Shown: positions 9,540 through 19,280 of the stretch, piece after piece | Numbering within the stretch: position 1 is the first letter of the stretch | Layout: every line of letters starts with the position of its first letter | Assembly: GCA_027355945.1 (NCBI GenBank) | Contig: DAIEHA010000005.1 | Location: forward strand, 3,067-67,066 | Source: Candidatus Parcubacteria bacterium | GTDB taxonomy: Bacteria > Patescibacteriota > Minisyncoccia > UBA6257 > 2-01-FULL-56-20 | Reading direction: 5' to 3' | DNA: 64,000 nucleotides | Notes under the pieces: model-generated | Database searches by the model: none | The model's input: only the letters and a program-made list of their open reading frames with translations | What the model was told of the DNA's origin: nothing | Position numbers and translations under genes: made by a program

Positions 9540-10303
9540 AAGGAGATCCGACGACCGTAGAGGAATTCAAGGAACAATCGGGGTATGTCATCGATGAGGT
9601 GTGGTATCCGCGCGTAACGAAGATCGTGGGGATCAAAGCAAAGCCCGCGCTTTACTATTATTACGGCGAAGCGAAGAGCTATCGTGCCGCGGTCGAAGCA
9701 ACGGAACGCTCCGCGGTGGAAGGCACCATGATCCATGAGGCTGTGGAGGGTATCCTTCTCGATAGGAATCCGCAGGTGCCCGCCGCGATCGTGCCGGCAG
9801 TGCGATCGTTCTCCGCGTTCCTCATGGCGAACAGGATCGAGGTGGCACCGGAACTCGTGGAACGCCGCATCGTGAACTATGATCATCGCTACGCGGGCAC
9901 GGTGGATGCCGTCGCCCGCATCGGAGGCAAGCTCGGTGTCCTTGATATCAAAACGTCCGCGGCCGTGTACCGGGACTATTCGCTCCAGACCTCGGCGTAT
10001 ATGGACGCGCTCAAGGATGAGTTCCCGGAACTTTCCACGCGATGGATCCTTCGCATCGATCAGATCCAACGATGCATCCGCTGCGGCGCGGTTCGCAGGG
10101 TGAAGGGCGGCGTGGAAAAGGTGAAAACCGATTGGAGGGATCCCGTCATGCGCCGATGCGTGCACGAATGGGGCGAGCTCTTCGGAGAGATCGAACTGAA
10201 GGAATTCCCCGAATGGGAGAAGGATTTCCACGCCTTCCTTGGCGCAAAGCGCCTATGGGAGTGGGAGCACGAGGAGTGGCTATCGAAGGTGGGCTATCTT
10301 TAA
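9536..10303 (+). CDS. PD-(D/E)XK nuclease-family protein with Zn-ribbon insertion
   Basis: YPRVTKI, GTMIH, E..., YAGTVD, LDIKTS, QTSAY; CIRCG...CVH; ATGA overlap with the murC stop. Confidence 0.85.
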   Translation: MKGDPTTVEEFKEQSGYVIDEVWYPRVTKIVGIKAKPALYYYYGEAKSYRAAVEATERSAVEGTMIHEAVEGILLDRNPQVPAAIVPAVRSFSAFLMANRIEVAPELVERRIVNYDHRYAGTVDAVARIGGKLGVLDIKTSAAVYRDYSLQTSAYMDALKDEFPELSTRWILRIDQIQRCIRCGAVRRVKGGVEKVKTDWRDPVMRRCVHEWGELFGEIELKEFPEWEKDFHAFLGAKRLWEWEHEEWLSKVGYL

Positions 10304-10374
10304 GCGTTCCGCGCGCGTCCCGCCGCGCAATCCCATACTCCCCTGCTCCGCGTGGCATCCTCCGCGCATGCGGA

Positions 10375-11073
10375 TCACTGCCACACTTCCATGATCGGCA
10401 CGGTCGATGAGGATACGATGACCGGAAGCCCGGACGTTGAGTTCGCGGGTGCGCGGGCGATCGTTCCGATGTCCGCGGTCCATTGGGATGACGATGCATT
10501 GATGTTGAAAATGGATACGTCGCTTCCCAGCGGACCCGGTGCGCACGCATAGCTTGCCGCCTCCCCATTCGCCGTGAAGGGCAGTGTTCCGGTATAAGGC
10601 GTGCAAAGCGTCCCTCCTTGGAGCTCCATGAGCCATCCCGATCCCGCGGGCTGCGTCCCTTGCACCGGCTGCGACGCGGGAAGCGGTTTCGTGAGCTGCA
10701 GGACGAAGGTCGACGTCTCGTTCGGTTTCGTCGGGTTCACGTTGCAGAGAAGCTTCTGTGCGCCGGGGATCTGGAAGCAGGGATCGGTGACGTCGTTTCC
10801 CACGCTGCAACGCCATGCGTCGCCTCGGAACGGCGCGGCAATGGAATTGGTCCAGCATGAGCCCTCCTTCACCGGGATGGAACTCGACGGCAGTGCTGCG
10901 ACATATTGCACGACCTGGGTTGCCGTGGCGGATGCCGGCGCGGACGATTGCCCCGACGAGGTCGTGGATGGAGTGATGGGAGCGCTCACCGGCGCGGCAA
11001 AGAATTCCGCGACGCCGAAGAGCAGGATGAGTGCGAGCACGATGATGACGGCGATCTTGTTCTTCTTTTTCAT
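10375..11073 (-). CDS. Secreted Cys-rich hypothetical protein
   Basis: Lys-rich N-terminus plus TM helix, S/T/P linker, CW.NS...DAWRC...DPCF and a second C..C repeat. Confidence 0.8.
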   Translation of the reverse strand: MKKKNKIAVIIVLALILLFGVAEFFAAPVSAPITPSTTSSGQSSAPASATATQVVQYVAALPSSSIPVKEGSCWTNSIAAPFRGDAWRCSVGNDVTDPCFQIPGAQKLLCNVNPTKPNETSTFVLQLTKPLPASQPVQGTQPAGSGWLMELQGGTLCTPYTGTLPFTANGEAASYACAPGPLGSDVSIFNINASSSQWTADIGTIARAPANSTSGLPVIVSSSTVPIMEVWQ

Positions 11074-11091
11074 GCGATCATAGTGATTGAT

Positions 11092-11832
11092 TTATAGGAA
11101 TTTGAACGTACCTACCACATTCTCCATCAGTGCATCGATCTTTGCGGCACTGAAGGGTCTTAGTCCGTAGGATGCGGGATAATTGTAGATCTGGGCGGAG
11201 TGGACCGTATATTCGATCGCATAGCACATCCCGTTCCTGATCGTGCGATAGCTTGTCGTGTCATAGTAGTTCCCCGCACCGGCATCCGAAGATCGGAACA
11301 CGGTGAACGGGACGCCGCCGATCATTGCCGTGGATGTGGGCCCTGCAGCGGGACCGCGTGTCGCGTCCGCCTCGAGGCAGCGTGCGCGCGCGGCCGCGTT
11401 GCCGCTCGCCCCCACCGTAAGCCTCGCATCGGAAAAATTCGTTTGCGGTTCGAATGCCTTGGGTACGGTGAGCGTGAGATAGAGCGTTCCCTGCGTCCCA
11501 TCGGCACCCACCCGCCAATCCGTGGATGACGAAAGCGAATAATTGTCCTGAACCGGGAAATCGATGGGGTATGCGATACTGAATCCGCCAGCGACATTGT
11601 TCGCGTCGGTCTGCCATTCCGCCGTATCCCCGTAATACGGGATGAGACCGTTGGGTGCCGTGGTACCGGAGGAACCCGCCCCTCCTGCCGCAGCAAGGAA
11701 TGCGCCCGCCGTGGATTCCTCGATCTTCCCATAACGTACGCCAAGGGAGAATCCTGCGAACGGAAGCGCGACGAACAGCGCGAGTGCGAGCGTTTTGGAA
11801 TACCAGGTCACCTTATTCCACTCTACTTTCAT
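11092..11832 (-). CDS. Membrane-anchored hypothetical protein
   Basis: MKVEWNKVTWYSKTLAL TM anchor, FSIAYP, DAGAGNYY, CYAIEY; TATACT 6 nt upstream of the start. Confidence 0.8.
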   Translation of the reverse strand: MKVEWNKVTWYSKTLALALFVALPFAGFSLGVRYGKIEESTAGAFLAAAGGAGSSGTTAPNGLIPYYGDTAEWQTDANNVAGGFSIAYPIDFPVQDNYSLSSSTDWRVGADGTQGTLYLTLTVPKAFEPQTNFSDARLTVGASGNAAARARCLEADATRGPAAGPTSTAMIGGVPFTVFRSSDAGAGNYYDTTSYRTIRNGMCYAIEYTVHSAQIYNYPASYGLRPFSAAKIDALMENVVGTFKFL

Positions 11833-11931
11833 ATTGATAGTATACGTCCAAGGCCCTTTTGTGTTAATTGTTGCATTCCGGGGCGGGGTCGGATACCATT
11901 CCCACAGCGCTTTCGCGCACAGGAGGAACCG

Positions 11932-12351
11932 TTGACCGGAATCTTGGTAAAGGCACTTACGATCTCTTTTGCGGGGGTATTCGCCCTTGCTCTCGTCATG
12001 ACGGCCCGGATGGGTCATCGCCTGAGAAGGTTTGGGCAGCCCCACCGAGGAACTCTTTTGATGCTCCATACCACATGGGCGTCATGGACGCTCATCATCA
12101 TGGCAGCCATGATTGTCTTCGTGGAATTCGTCACGGTGCGATATTTCGGCCGCCAGCCCTCACCGCTCTTTCCCATCCACCTTGCCGCATCGATCCTCTG
12201 TGCGGTATCCCTCATCTCTGCCCGTATCCTGAACGGCATCCGCATGAAACGCGCACCCTTCGTCCATCGCACCCTTGGCACCATCGCCGTGTGGTCCGGC
12301 GTTATCTCCGCGATCCTCGGTATTGCCGTCACTCTCATGCTCCATCCATGA
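11932..12351 (+). CDS. Hypothetical 4-TM membrane protein with His in helices (DUF420/cytochrome b561-like)
   Basis: AGGAGG SD before TTG; four hydrophobic helices with His residues; followed by a terminator. Confidence 0.7.
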   Translation: MTGILVKALTISFAGVFALALVMTARMGHRLRRFGQPHRGTLLMLHTTWASWTLIIMAAMIVFVEFVTVRYFGRQPSPLFPIHLAASILCAVSLISARILNGIRMKRAPFVHRTLGTIAVWSGVISAILGIAVTLMLHP

Positions 12352-12371
12352 CACGCATGGGCTCCCCGATC

Positions 12372-12419
12372 CCACCCACATGAAGACGCCACTATGGTCG
12401 TCACCTGGGTGGTTTTTTT
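12372..12419 (+). terminator. Intrinsic terminator
   Basis: CCACCCA...TGGGTGG stem with an inner hairpin, followed by T7. Confidence 0.65.
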
Positions 12420-12423
12420 ATCC

Positions 12424-13170
12424 TCAGATCTGGATCTTGGAGAAAAGATAGCTTCCGATCGCGAGGAACGCCGCGGTGGCGGCGGCAAGCACCGCAAAAT
12501 CCACCCCTATCCCGAACGAACCGCTACCCGTGAGAAGGATCCTGAATGAATCGATGCCGTACGAGAGCGGGTCGAACCGTACGATCCCTGCGAGTACGGG
12601 AGGAAGACCATCGATGGGAAACAACGCTCCTGAAAGGAAGAAAAGCGGCATTACGAGGAAGTTCATGATGAGTTGGAATCCCTGCATATCGTCGAGCAGG
12701 GATGCGATGGCGGTTCCGAGCGCCGCAAAAAGAAGCGCGACAAGGAGCATGAAAAGCACCGCCACTGGCACGAGCATCCAGTTATACGGATGGAATCCCG
12801 GAATGAGCACGATGAGGAACACGAGGAGCCCTTGGAGCGTTGCCACCGTCGCGCCGCCGAGCGTGCGTCCAATCATGATAGTGAGGCGGTTCACCGGTGC
12901 CACAAGCGTCTCTTTGAGGAATCCGAACTGACGGTCCCATATCATCTGGATCCCCGAGAATATCGCAGTGAAGATGATGCTCATGCCGATGATCCCCGGC
13001 GCAAGGAATTGGAAATAACTCCCTTCGCCCGCCTTCTGGAACACCGTTCCGAGGCCATATCCGAGCGCAAGCAGAAACAGGATGGGCTGTCCAAGCGATC
13101 CTATGATCCTCGATCTCGAGCGGAAATAACGCTTGAGCTCCCGCAGCCAAAGGATGTATATCGTTTTCAT
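12424..13170 (-). CDS. ABC-2 type exporter permease (DrrB-like)
   Basis: LWLRELKRYFR, FLAPGIIGM, DRQFGFLKETLVAP, PLFFLSGALFP, PLSYGID. Confidence 0.92.
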   Translation of the reverse strand: MKTIYILWLRELKRYFRSRSRIIGSLGQPILFLLALGYGLGTVFQKAGEGSYFQFLAPGIIGMSIIFTAIFSGIQMIWDRQFGFLKETLVAPVNRLTIMIGRTLGGATVATLQGLLVFLIVLIPGFHPYNWMLVPVAVLFMLLVALLFAALGTAIASLLDDMQGFQLIMNFLVMPLFFLSGALFPIDGLPPVLAGIVRFDPLSYGIDSFRILLTGSGSFGIGVDFAVLAAATAAFLAIGSYLFSKIQI

Positions 13171-13199
13171 GATGGTATGTTCCGTGATGGTTCCTGTGA

Positions 13200-14006
13200 T
13201 CAGCGTCGACCCTGCCACATCCTGCCCCGCGCCCTCATGCGATCGATGGAACCCGCCTCCTCCTCCCGGATCACGCTTCCCGTGAGTGCAAGGAACGCAT
13301 CCTCGAGCGAGCCCTTCCCCGTCCGTTCCCGCAATTCCGCGGCCGTCCCCATTGCGACGATCTTCCCATGATCGATGATGGCGATCCTTTGCGCGATGCG
13401 CTCGGCCTCCTCCATGTAATGGGTGGTGAAGAACACCGTGATACCCTCTTTGGCGTTCAGCTCTTGAAGATACGTCCACATATGATTGCGGGTCTGCGGA
13501 TCGAGCCCGAGGGTCGGCTCATCGAGGAATATGACCGCAGGGTGATGAAGCAGGCCCCGGGCGATCTCGAGGCGGCGCTTCATACCTCCGGAAAATTCCT
13601 TCACCAGGCTTTTCCGCCGGTCCCAAAGCTCCACGAACTCCAAAAGCTCCCGTATCCGCTCCTTTCTGAGCTTTGCCGGTACGCCATACAGCACCCCGTG
13701 GAATTCCATGTTCTCCTCGGCAGTAAGCTCGTCGTCAAGGCTGGGATCCTGGAATACGATGCCGAACGAACGCCGTACCGCGGCCGGGTCCTTTGCCGCA
13801 TCATATCCATTGAGGACGATGGACCCCCCGTTCGGAACAAGCACGGTCGTGAGCATCTTTATGGTCGTCGATTTTCCCGCTCCGTTCGGACCGAGGAACG
13901 CGAATATCTCCCCTTTTTTCACGTCAAAGGAGACGTCATCCACCGCGGTGAAATCCCCGAATTTCTTCACAAGCCCCGTTACACGTATGATCGGTTCGTC
14001 TGGCAT
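13200..14006 (-). CDS. ABC exporter ATP-binding subunit (DrrA-like)
   Basis: GPNGAGKST, FSGGMKRRLEIARG, FLDEPTLGLD, TTHYMEEAE. Confidence 0.95.
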   Translation of the reverse strand: MPDEPIIRVTGLVKKFGDFTAVDDVSFDVKKGEIFAFLGPNGAGKSTTIKMLTTVLVPNGGSIVLNGYDAAKDPAAVRRSFGIVFQDPSLDDELTAEENMEFHGVLYGVPAKLRKERIRELLEFVELWDRRKSLVKEFSGGMKRRLEIARGLLHHPAVIFLDEPTLGLDPQTRNHMWTYLQELNAKEGITVFFTTHYMEEAERIAQRIAIIDHGKIVAMGTAAELRERTGKGSLEDAFLALTGSVIREEEAGSIDRMRARGRMWQGRR

Positions 14007-14033
14007 CTCCCTTTTTATTCTGATTTATAATAA

Positions 14034-14050
14034 TTAATATACTTAACTAT
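14034..14050 (-). promoter_or_regulatory. Putative MarR operator overlapping the -10 box of the drrAB-like operon
   Basis: TTAATATACTTAACTAT is 16/17 identical to 63508-63524 upstream of marR. Confidence 0.6.
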
Positions 14051-14113
14051 ACTCCGCATGCGGTGCGTTGCAAGTATGGCAAAGGGGTTCCGCGCATGAT
14101 ATACTGCATCAAT

Positions 14114-15697
14114 ATGAGATCAATCATCATGGATACTGCAGGGGCAGGGAAAAAACGGGTCATTTTCATCACCGCCGCGGTGCTCGTCGTTGCGGGAGGG
14201 GCATATCTCTGGTTCGGGTCCAGGAACGGACAAGGATATCAATTCGTCTCCGTCACACAAGGGACCATCGCCCAGGTGGTGAGCGTGACCGGGAATACGA
14301 CCCCCATCAACAGCGTGGATCTTTCCTTCCCTGCGGGAGGCACGATCGCGGCGGTCTATAAGAACGCCGGTGACCGTGTGAGCAACGGGACCGTCCTCGT
14401 GCAGCTCGATACGAACTCCCTTCAGGCGCAGCTTGCCCAAGCGCAGGCCGCAGTGGATGCCGCTCAAGCGACGCTCGAGAACCTTCAGGCGGGAGCCACC
14501 CCTCAGGAGGTCCAGGTTTCGAAGACCGCGCTTGCTTCCGCGCAGCAGACCCTCGCAAACGCCTACTCGAGCATCCCCAATGCCGTGGTGGACGCCTATG
14601 CGAAGGCGAACGATGCGGTCCGGAACCAGATCAGCGCGTTCTATAACAATCCCGATACGACGAATCCCCAGCTCTCCTTCTCCGTGAGCGATTCTCAGGT
14701 GATGAACAATGCGAACAGCGAACGCATCCAGGCGGGCGCCGTGCTTGATGCATGGGCGAATGAGACGGCTGCACTCTCATCGGTGACCTCGACATCCTCC
14801 ACGTCGACCCTCGCCTTGGCGCTCTCACACTCCACCGACCATCTTTCCGTCATCACGACGATGCTCAACACCGATGCGGTCGCGATCGTCGACGCAATCG
14901 GTATCACGAACACCACCGCGGCAACATATAAGAATGCCATCGCGAGCGCCATCACGGAGGTGAATACCGCGGCGAGCGCCATCACGACGCTCCAGCAGAA
15001 CATCGCCTCAGAGGATGCAGCGGTCGCACAGGCGGAGGCGCAGCTCGCAGCCACCCTTGCGGGATCGACATCCCAGGCGATCGCCGCCCAGCAGGCCCAG
15101 GTAGAACAGGCCCAGGCGAACGTGCAGAATATCAAGGTCCAGATCGCGAATGCGACGCTCGCCTCCCCTATCGATGGCGTGGTGACGGTGCAGAACGCGA
15201 AGGTTGGCGAGGTTGCGGCCGCCGGACAGACGGTCACCTCGGTCATTTCCGCGAACCATTTCGAGGTTGATACCTATGTGCCCGAGACCGATATCGGCAA
15301 GGTGGCCATCGGCGATCCCGTGGACATGACATTCGATGCGTTCCCCGGCGAGACATTCAAGGGCAAGGTCTTCTATATAGACCCTGCGGAAACGATCCAA
15401 GGAGGGGTCGTCGATTATCTTGTGAAGGTTTCCTTCAATGCGCCGGATACGCGCATCAAGAGCGGCCTCACCGCCAACCTCGACATCAACACCCAGACCG
15501 ATCAGAACGCCCTCATACTCCCCCAGTACGCGATCGTCCAGAACGCGAGCGGCACCTATGTCGACGTCCTCAAGAACGGAAAGGAAGCACAGGTCCCCGT
15601 CACGCTCGGCATCCGCGATCAGAATGGGAACGTCGAGATCCTTTCGGGACTCACCAAGGGACAGCAGGTCATCAATGTCGGCCTTAAGGCCCAATAG
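14114..15697 (+). CDS. Efflux periplasmic adaptor (MacA/HlyD/YknX family) with long coiled coil
   Basis: TM anchor, lipoyl halves (GGTIAAVYKNAGDRV / LASPIDGVV), VPETDIGKV, G+RD...VEILSGL; start could also be 14129. Confidence 0.9.
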   Translation: MRSIIMDTAGAGKKRVIFITAAVLVVAGGAYLWFGSRNGQGYQFVSVTQGTIAQVVSVTGNTTPINSVDLSFPAGGTIAAVYKNAGDRVSNGTVLVQLDTNSLQAQLAQAQAAVDAAQATLENLQAGATPQEVQVSKTALASAQQTLANAYSSIPNAVVDAYAKANDAVRNQISAFYNNPDTTNPQLSFSVSDSQVMNNANSERIQAGAVLDAWANETAALSSVTSTSSTSTLALALSHSTDHLSVITTMLNTDAVAIVDAIGITNTTAATYKNAIASAITEVNTAASAITTLQQNIASEDAAVAQAEAQLAATLAGSTSQAIAAQQAQVEQAQANVQNIKVQIANATLASPIDGVVTVQNAKVGEVAAAGQTVTSVISANHFEVDTYVPETDIGKVAIGDPVDMTFDAFPGETFKGKVFYIDPAETIQGGVVDYLVKVSFNAPDTRIKSGLTANLDINTQTDQNALILPQYAIVQNASGTYVDVLKNGKEAQVPVTLGIRDQNGNVEILSGLTKGQQVINVGLKAQ

Positions 15698-15699
15698 CA

Positions 15700-16428
15700 A
15701 TGAGGGACGCAATGGAAGTGATTCGCGTGGAAGACCTCAAAAAGGACTACGTGGACGAAGGCGAGACCACCTCGGCGCTTCGCGGCGTCTCGTTCACGAT
15801 CAAGAAGGGCGATTTCGTATCGATCATGGGTCCTTCGGGTTCCGGGAAATCGACGCTCGTGCAGATTCTGAGCTTCCTCGACCGTCATACCGGCGGTTCC
15901 TATACCTTTCTCGGACGGAGGACGGAGGAATTGTCGAACATCGAGCTTGCCCATATACGGAACAAGAGCATGGGTTTCGTGTTCCAGTCCTTCAATCTCC
16001 TCACGCGTCTCACCTCATATGAGAACGTGGAGATACCCCTCATCTATTCCGCTGTGTCCCCTTCCGCGCGGAAGAAGCTCGTGGAGGACGCCATCAAGGC
16101 CGTGGGGCTCGAAGAGAAGATCAACGTCGAGACCGCGAAGCTTTCCGGCGGGCAAAAGCAGCGCATCGCCATCGCCCGCGCACTCGTGAACGATCCCGAC
16201 ATCATCTTCGCGGACGAACCGACGGGAAACCTCGATTCGGCATCGGGGGCGCAGGTGATGGGGATCCTCGACGGCCTGAACCGCAATGGGAGAACGGTGG
16301 TGCTCGTGACGCACGAGACGAATACCGCGGAATTCGCCGATCGCATCATCCGTCTTCGCGACGGCGTGATCGAAAGCGACACCCCGGTCACGAATCCCCA
16401 CCGCTCGCGGGAACAATTCCTCAAATAA
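15700..16428 (+). CDS. MacB/LolD-type ABC ATP-binding protein
   Basis: GPSGSGKST, GFVFQSFNL, LSGGQKQRIAIARAL, ADEPTGNLD, VTHE. Confidence 0.95.
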   Translation: MRDAMEVIRVEDLKKDYVDEGETTSALRGVSFTIKKGDFVSIMGPSGSGKSTLVQILSFLDRHTGGSYTFLGRRTEELSNIELAHIRNKSMGFVFQSFNLLTRLTSYENVEIPLIYSAVSPSARKKLVEDAIKAVGLEEKINVETAKLSGGQKQRIAIARALVNDPDIIFADEPTGNLDSASGAQVMGILDGLNRNGRTVVLVTHETNTAEFADRIIRLRDGVIESDTPVTNPHRSREQFLK

Positions 16429-16439
16429 CACCCTCCTCC

Positions 16440-17687
16440 ATGCGCATCAACGATCTTGTCCGCTCATCGCAATCCACCCTCAAGCATGGGAAGATGCGTT
16501 CGCTTCTCACGATGCTCGGCATCGTGATCGGCATCTCTTCCGTCATCATCCTCATGTCAATCGGCGCCTCGGCGCAGGATTATATCCTCGGCCAGGTACA
16601 AGGCCTCGGATCGAACCTCGTCATCATCATTCCCGGAGGTTCGACCAACGGCCGGCTCTCCTCCCCCGCCCAGGCGCAAGGGATCATCATCACCAGCCTG
16701 AAGCAGCAGGATGTCGACGCCCTTTCCCGCGATCCCTCCATCTCTGCGGTGACGGAAGAGGTGCGTGGCCAGGCGCCCGCGAGTTTCCAGGATAATAGCG
16801 AGACCGTCACTTTCGATGGCGTTCCCGCGAACTTCTTCACCGTAAGGAACTTCGGCGTCGCGAACGGCTATCCTTTCACCGCCGATGACGTCTCCGCCTA
16901 TAACCATGTCGCGGTCATCGGTTCATCGCTCGCCACCACCCTTTTCGGGAACGCTTCGAATCCGGTCGGCCAATATATCAATGTGAAGAACATCCAATTC
17001 AAGGTTGTGGGAGTCCTTGAGAAGAAGGGCACGGGCGCCTTTGGGATCGATCAGGACAACCTCGCCATCGTACCGATCACCGTCGCCCAGACGCAGATGC
17101 TCGGCATCACCTATTTCAACGACATCATGGTCCAGGCGAACCCCGCATACAACATCGATTTCGTGAAGGCGCGCGTGCAGACGATCCTCGAACAGGACCA
17201 TGGGATCACGGACCCCAACAAGGACGATTTCACGATCGAGACCCAGCAGGACGTGCTCTCGCTCCTCGGCAACATCACCTCGATCCTCACCATGTTCCTT
17301 GCCGCAATCGCATCCATCTCGCTCATCGTCGGCGGCATCGGCATCATGAACATCATGCTCGTCTCGGTCATCGAGCGCACGAGGGAGATAGGCCTCAGAA
17401 AATCCGTGGGTGCGACGGATGCGGACATCCTCCAACAGTTCCTCGTGGAATCGATGATGCTCACCATCGTGGGCGGCGTGATCGGCATTGCGCTCGGCGG
17501 ACTCGTCGTGGGAGCGGCATGGTTCGCCATCAACCGTTTTGCGGGGATCGTCTGGACATTCGAATTCCCCTTGTCCGCGATCCTCCTCGCGGTCGCGGTA
17601 TCCTCCGTCACCGGGATCGCCTTCGGCCTCTATCCCGCCCGCCAGGCTGCACGGAAGAGCCCCGTGGAAGCGCTGCGCTACGAATAA
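16440..17687 (+). CDS. MacB/FtsX-type ABC permease
   Basis: RSLLTMLGIVIGISSVI, large extracytoplasmic domain, GGIGIMNIMLVSVIERTREIGLRK, GLYPARQAA..P.EALRYE. Confidence 0.95.
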   Translation: MRINDLVRSSQSTLKHGKMRSLLTMLGIVIGISSVIILMSIGASAQDYILGQVQGLGSNLVIIIPGGSTNGRLSSPAQAQGIIITSLKQQDVDALSRDPSISAVTEEVRGQAPASFQDNSETVTFDGVPANFFTVRNFGVANGYPFTADDVSAYNHVAVIGSSLATTLFGNASNPVGQYINVKNIQFKVVGVLEKKGTGAFGIDQDNLAIVPITVAQTQMLGITYFNDIMVQANPAYNIDFVKARVQTILEQDHGITDPNKDDFTIETQQDVLSLLGNITSILTMFLAAIASISLIVGGIGIMNIMLVSVIERTREIGLRKSVGATDADILQQFLVESMMLTIVGGVIGIALGGLVVGAAWFAINRFAGIVWTFEFPLSAILLAVAVSSVTGIAFGLYPARQAARKSPVEALRYE

Positions 17688-17716
17688 AAAAGCCCGCAGC
17701 ATCACGTGCTGCAGGC
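17686..17716 (-). terminator. Intrinsic terminator between convergent genes
   Basis: GCCCGCAGCA/TGCTGCAGGC stem with an A-run (U-tract on the minus strand). Confidence 0.6.
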
Positions 17717-17739
17717 GGTTGTGGAGACCGTGGTGCGCA

Positions 17740-18303
17740 TCATGCGCGCATCACTGCCTCCGATCCCTTCAAGGGTCCTTCGAGCAATCCATAATCGTAG
17801 AAGGTACGCCTTTTAAGGTTGTAATCGATGCGCGCTTCGCTTGCCCGCGCATCCTCCTTTTCCGCGGCTACCGCGCGGCGCATTTCCGCGGCCCTCATCC
17901 GGACCGCTGCGCGCATGCGCAATTCCTCCTTTTCCATGTGGACCATTTGTTCCGTCGGGATATCGAGATGCCGTGAAAGCTCCAGAAGCTCCCCTGCGCC
18001 GTCATGCGCAAAAAGGAAGAAGCCTCCGATGATCAGGACTATCGCGAGGGTGAGGAGAAAGACGATGATCTCCCCATCGTGATCGATTGCGGCCGTTGTT
18101 TCCGGGTTTATCAGGAACACCGAAAGTATGACCGCCATGATCATCAACCAGCCTGCGACGAACATGCTGGATGCGATCTCGGAAAGCAACGGATAGATGA
18201 AATATCCGCGCTGGCGCAGTGCCTCTGCAACGAATGACCCGCGTACAGGAACGGCGCGTTCCCGCTTCAACTGCCGTGCCGCAGCTGAGAAGAATGACAG
18301 CAT
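17740..18303 (-). CDS. Hypothetical 2-TM protein with C-terminal coiled coil
   Basis: GGAGG SD, own TTGCCA/TAAAAT-like promoter, two TM helices, charged tail. Confidence 0.7.
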   Translation of the reverse strand: MLSFFSAAARQLKRERAVPVRGSFVAEALRQRGYFIYPLLSEIASSMFVAGWLMIMAVILSVFLINPETTAAIDHDGEIIVFLLTLAIVLIIGGFFLFAHDGAGELLELSRHLDIPTEQMVHMEKEELRMRAAVRMRAAEMRRAVAAEKEDARASEARIDYNLKRRTFYDYGLLEGPLKGSEAVMRA

Positions 18304-18483
18304 GTGGACCCCTCCAGAAAGATCCCTTCACCGGGACCTCTGCTTGCTATTTTATAACAAAAAAAATTATATTTGGCAATATCTATAAAGGAAGAGTCCC
18401 GCCAAAAGACGGGACTCTCATGCTTTGCCATCCTATTCTCCTCCCCTTCGGCAGATGCCGCAGGTCATGGCCCGATATGCGGC

Positions 18484-18918
18484 CTACCTTCGCCGCGACG
18501 TTTTCTTTTTGCCCGCGGCCTTCTTCGTCGGCGTATGCGCCGTCGAGGCCTTGGCCTTCTTCATCGAAGCCGCCTTTGCACGTGCGAGCTTCATCGCATG
18601 CTTTTCAATGGCGCTCCAATGAGATTTAAGCTCGCGCCCCGCTGCGGCAAGGTCGCGCGCGCTCACATCCTCGAGCGAACCATAGCGGGAGAGCACCTGG
18701 TCCACGATCGCGCCATATCCCGCCTTACCGAGGCGTTCGGCTTTTTTCGCTTTGAGTGCAACCTCCTTGCGGGCCTTCTTCGCCCACTCCTTCACCCGGG
18801 TCCTGTCTTTCTTTTCGGAAAGCAGATATGCCCCTGCGGATGCTGCGAGAAGGGCAGCCGTGATTGCGCCGCCTATCTCCGCGCCCTTTATTATCTTCGC
18901 CTTCTGAGATGCTTTCAT
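18484..18918 (-). CDS. YtxH-like protein with Lys/Ala-rich (histone H1-like) tail
   Basis: GAEIGGAITAALLAASAGAYLL TM helix, helical body, AKAASMKKAK...KKAAGKKKTSRRR. Confidence 0.7.
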   Translation of the reverse strand: MKASQKAKIIKGAEIGGAITAALLAASAGAYLLSEKKDRTRVKEWAKKARKEVALKAKKAERLGKAGYGAIVDQVLSRYGSLEDVSARDLAAAGRELKSHWSAIEKHAMKLARAKAASMKKAKASTAHTPTKKAAGKKKTSRRR

Positions 18919-18931
18919 TGATGTAGTTATC

Positions 18932-19258
18932 TTAACGTCCCCGTTTCTTTGCTTCCTTTGCTTCCTTTGCTTCCTTTGCTACCGACCTTTTCGTTGTGAA
19001 ACCCGTCCGCCGCGCGATCGATTTCAGGAACCCGAAGATCGCTTCCAGGCGAAATCCCTCCTTCCTCACGCCAGCACGGAGATCGGCGATATCGCTCCGA
19101 AAGAGCCTCGTTTCCTCTTTCAGTTGTCCGGTGATTTCCTTGATGTCCGAAAGGGCCTTTGCAAGATAGATAAGCGCCACCGTGAGCGCGATCGCCACGG
19201 CGATCACCGCGAACGTCGTCACGAAAAAGAATACGTCCGCATGGATCAGCGTGCTCAT
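18932..19258 (-). CDS. Single-TM coiled-coil protein (DUF948/YtxG-like)
   Basis: MSTLIHADVFFFVTTFAV TM helix followed by a heptad coil; TGGTATACT 6 nt upstream. Confidence 0.75.
   Translation of the reverse strand: MSTLIHADVFFFVTTFAVIAVAIALTVALIYLAKALSDIKEITGQLKEETRLFRSDIADLRAGVRKEGFRLEAIFGFLKSIARRTGFTTKRSVAKEAKEAKEAKKRGR
18947..18980. repeat. 9-bp tandem repeat (CTTTGCTTC x ~3.8) encoding AKE repeats
   Basis: Directly visible in the sequence. Confidence 0.85.
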
Positions 19259-19280
19259 ATCATGAGTATACCACAGGGCC

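Noticed and set aside
12372-12419. attC-like site after an orphan gene (integron cassette idea)
   Set aside because: Lacks RYYYAAC/GTTRRRY cores and there is no intI; the stem plus T7 fits a terminator
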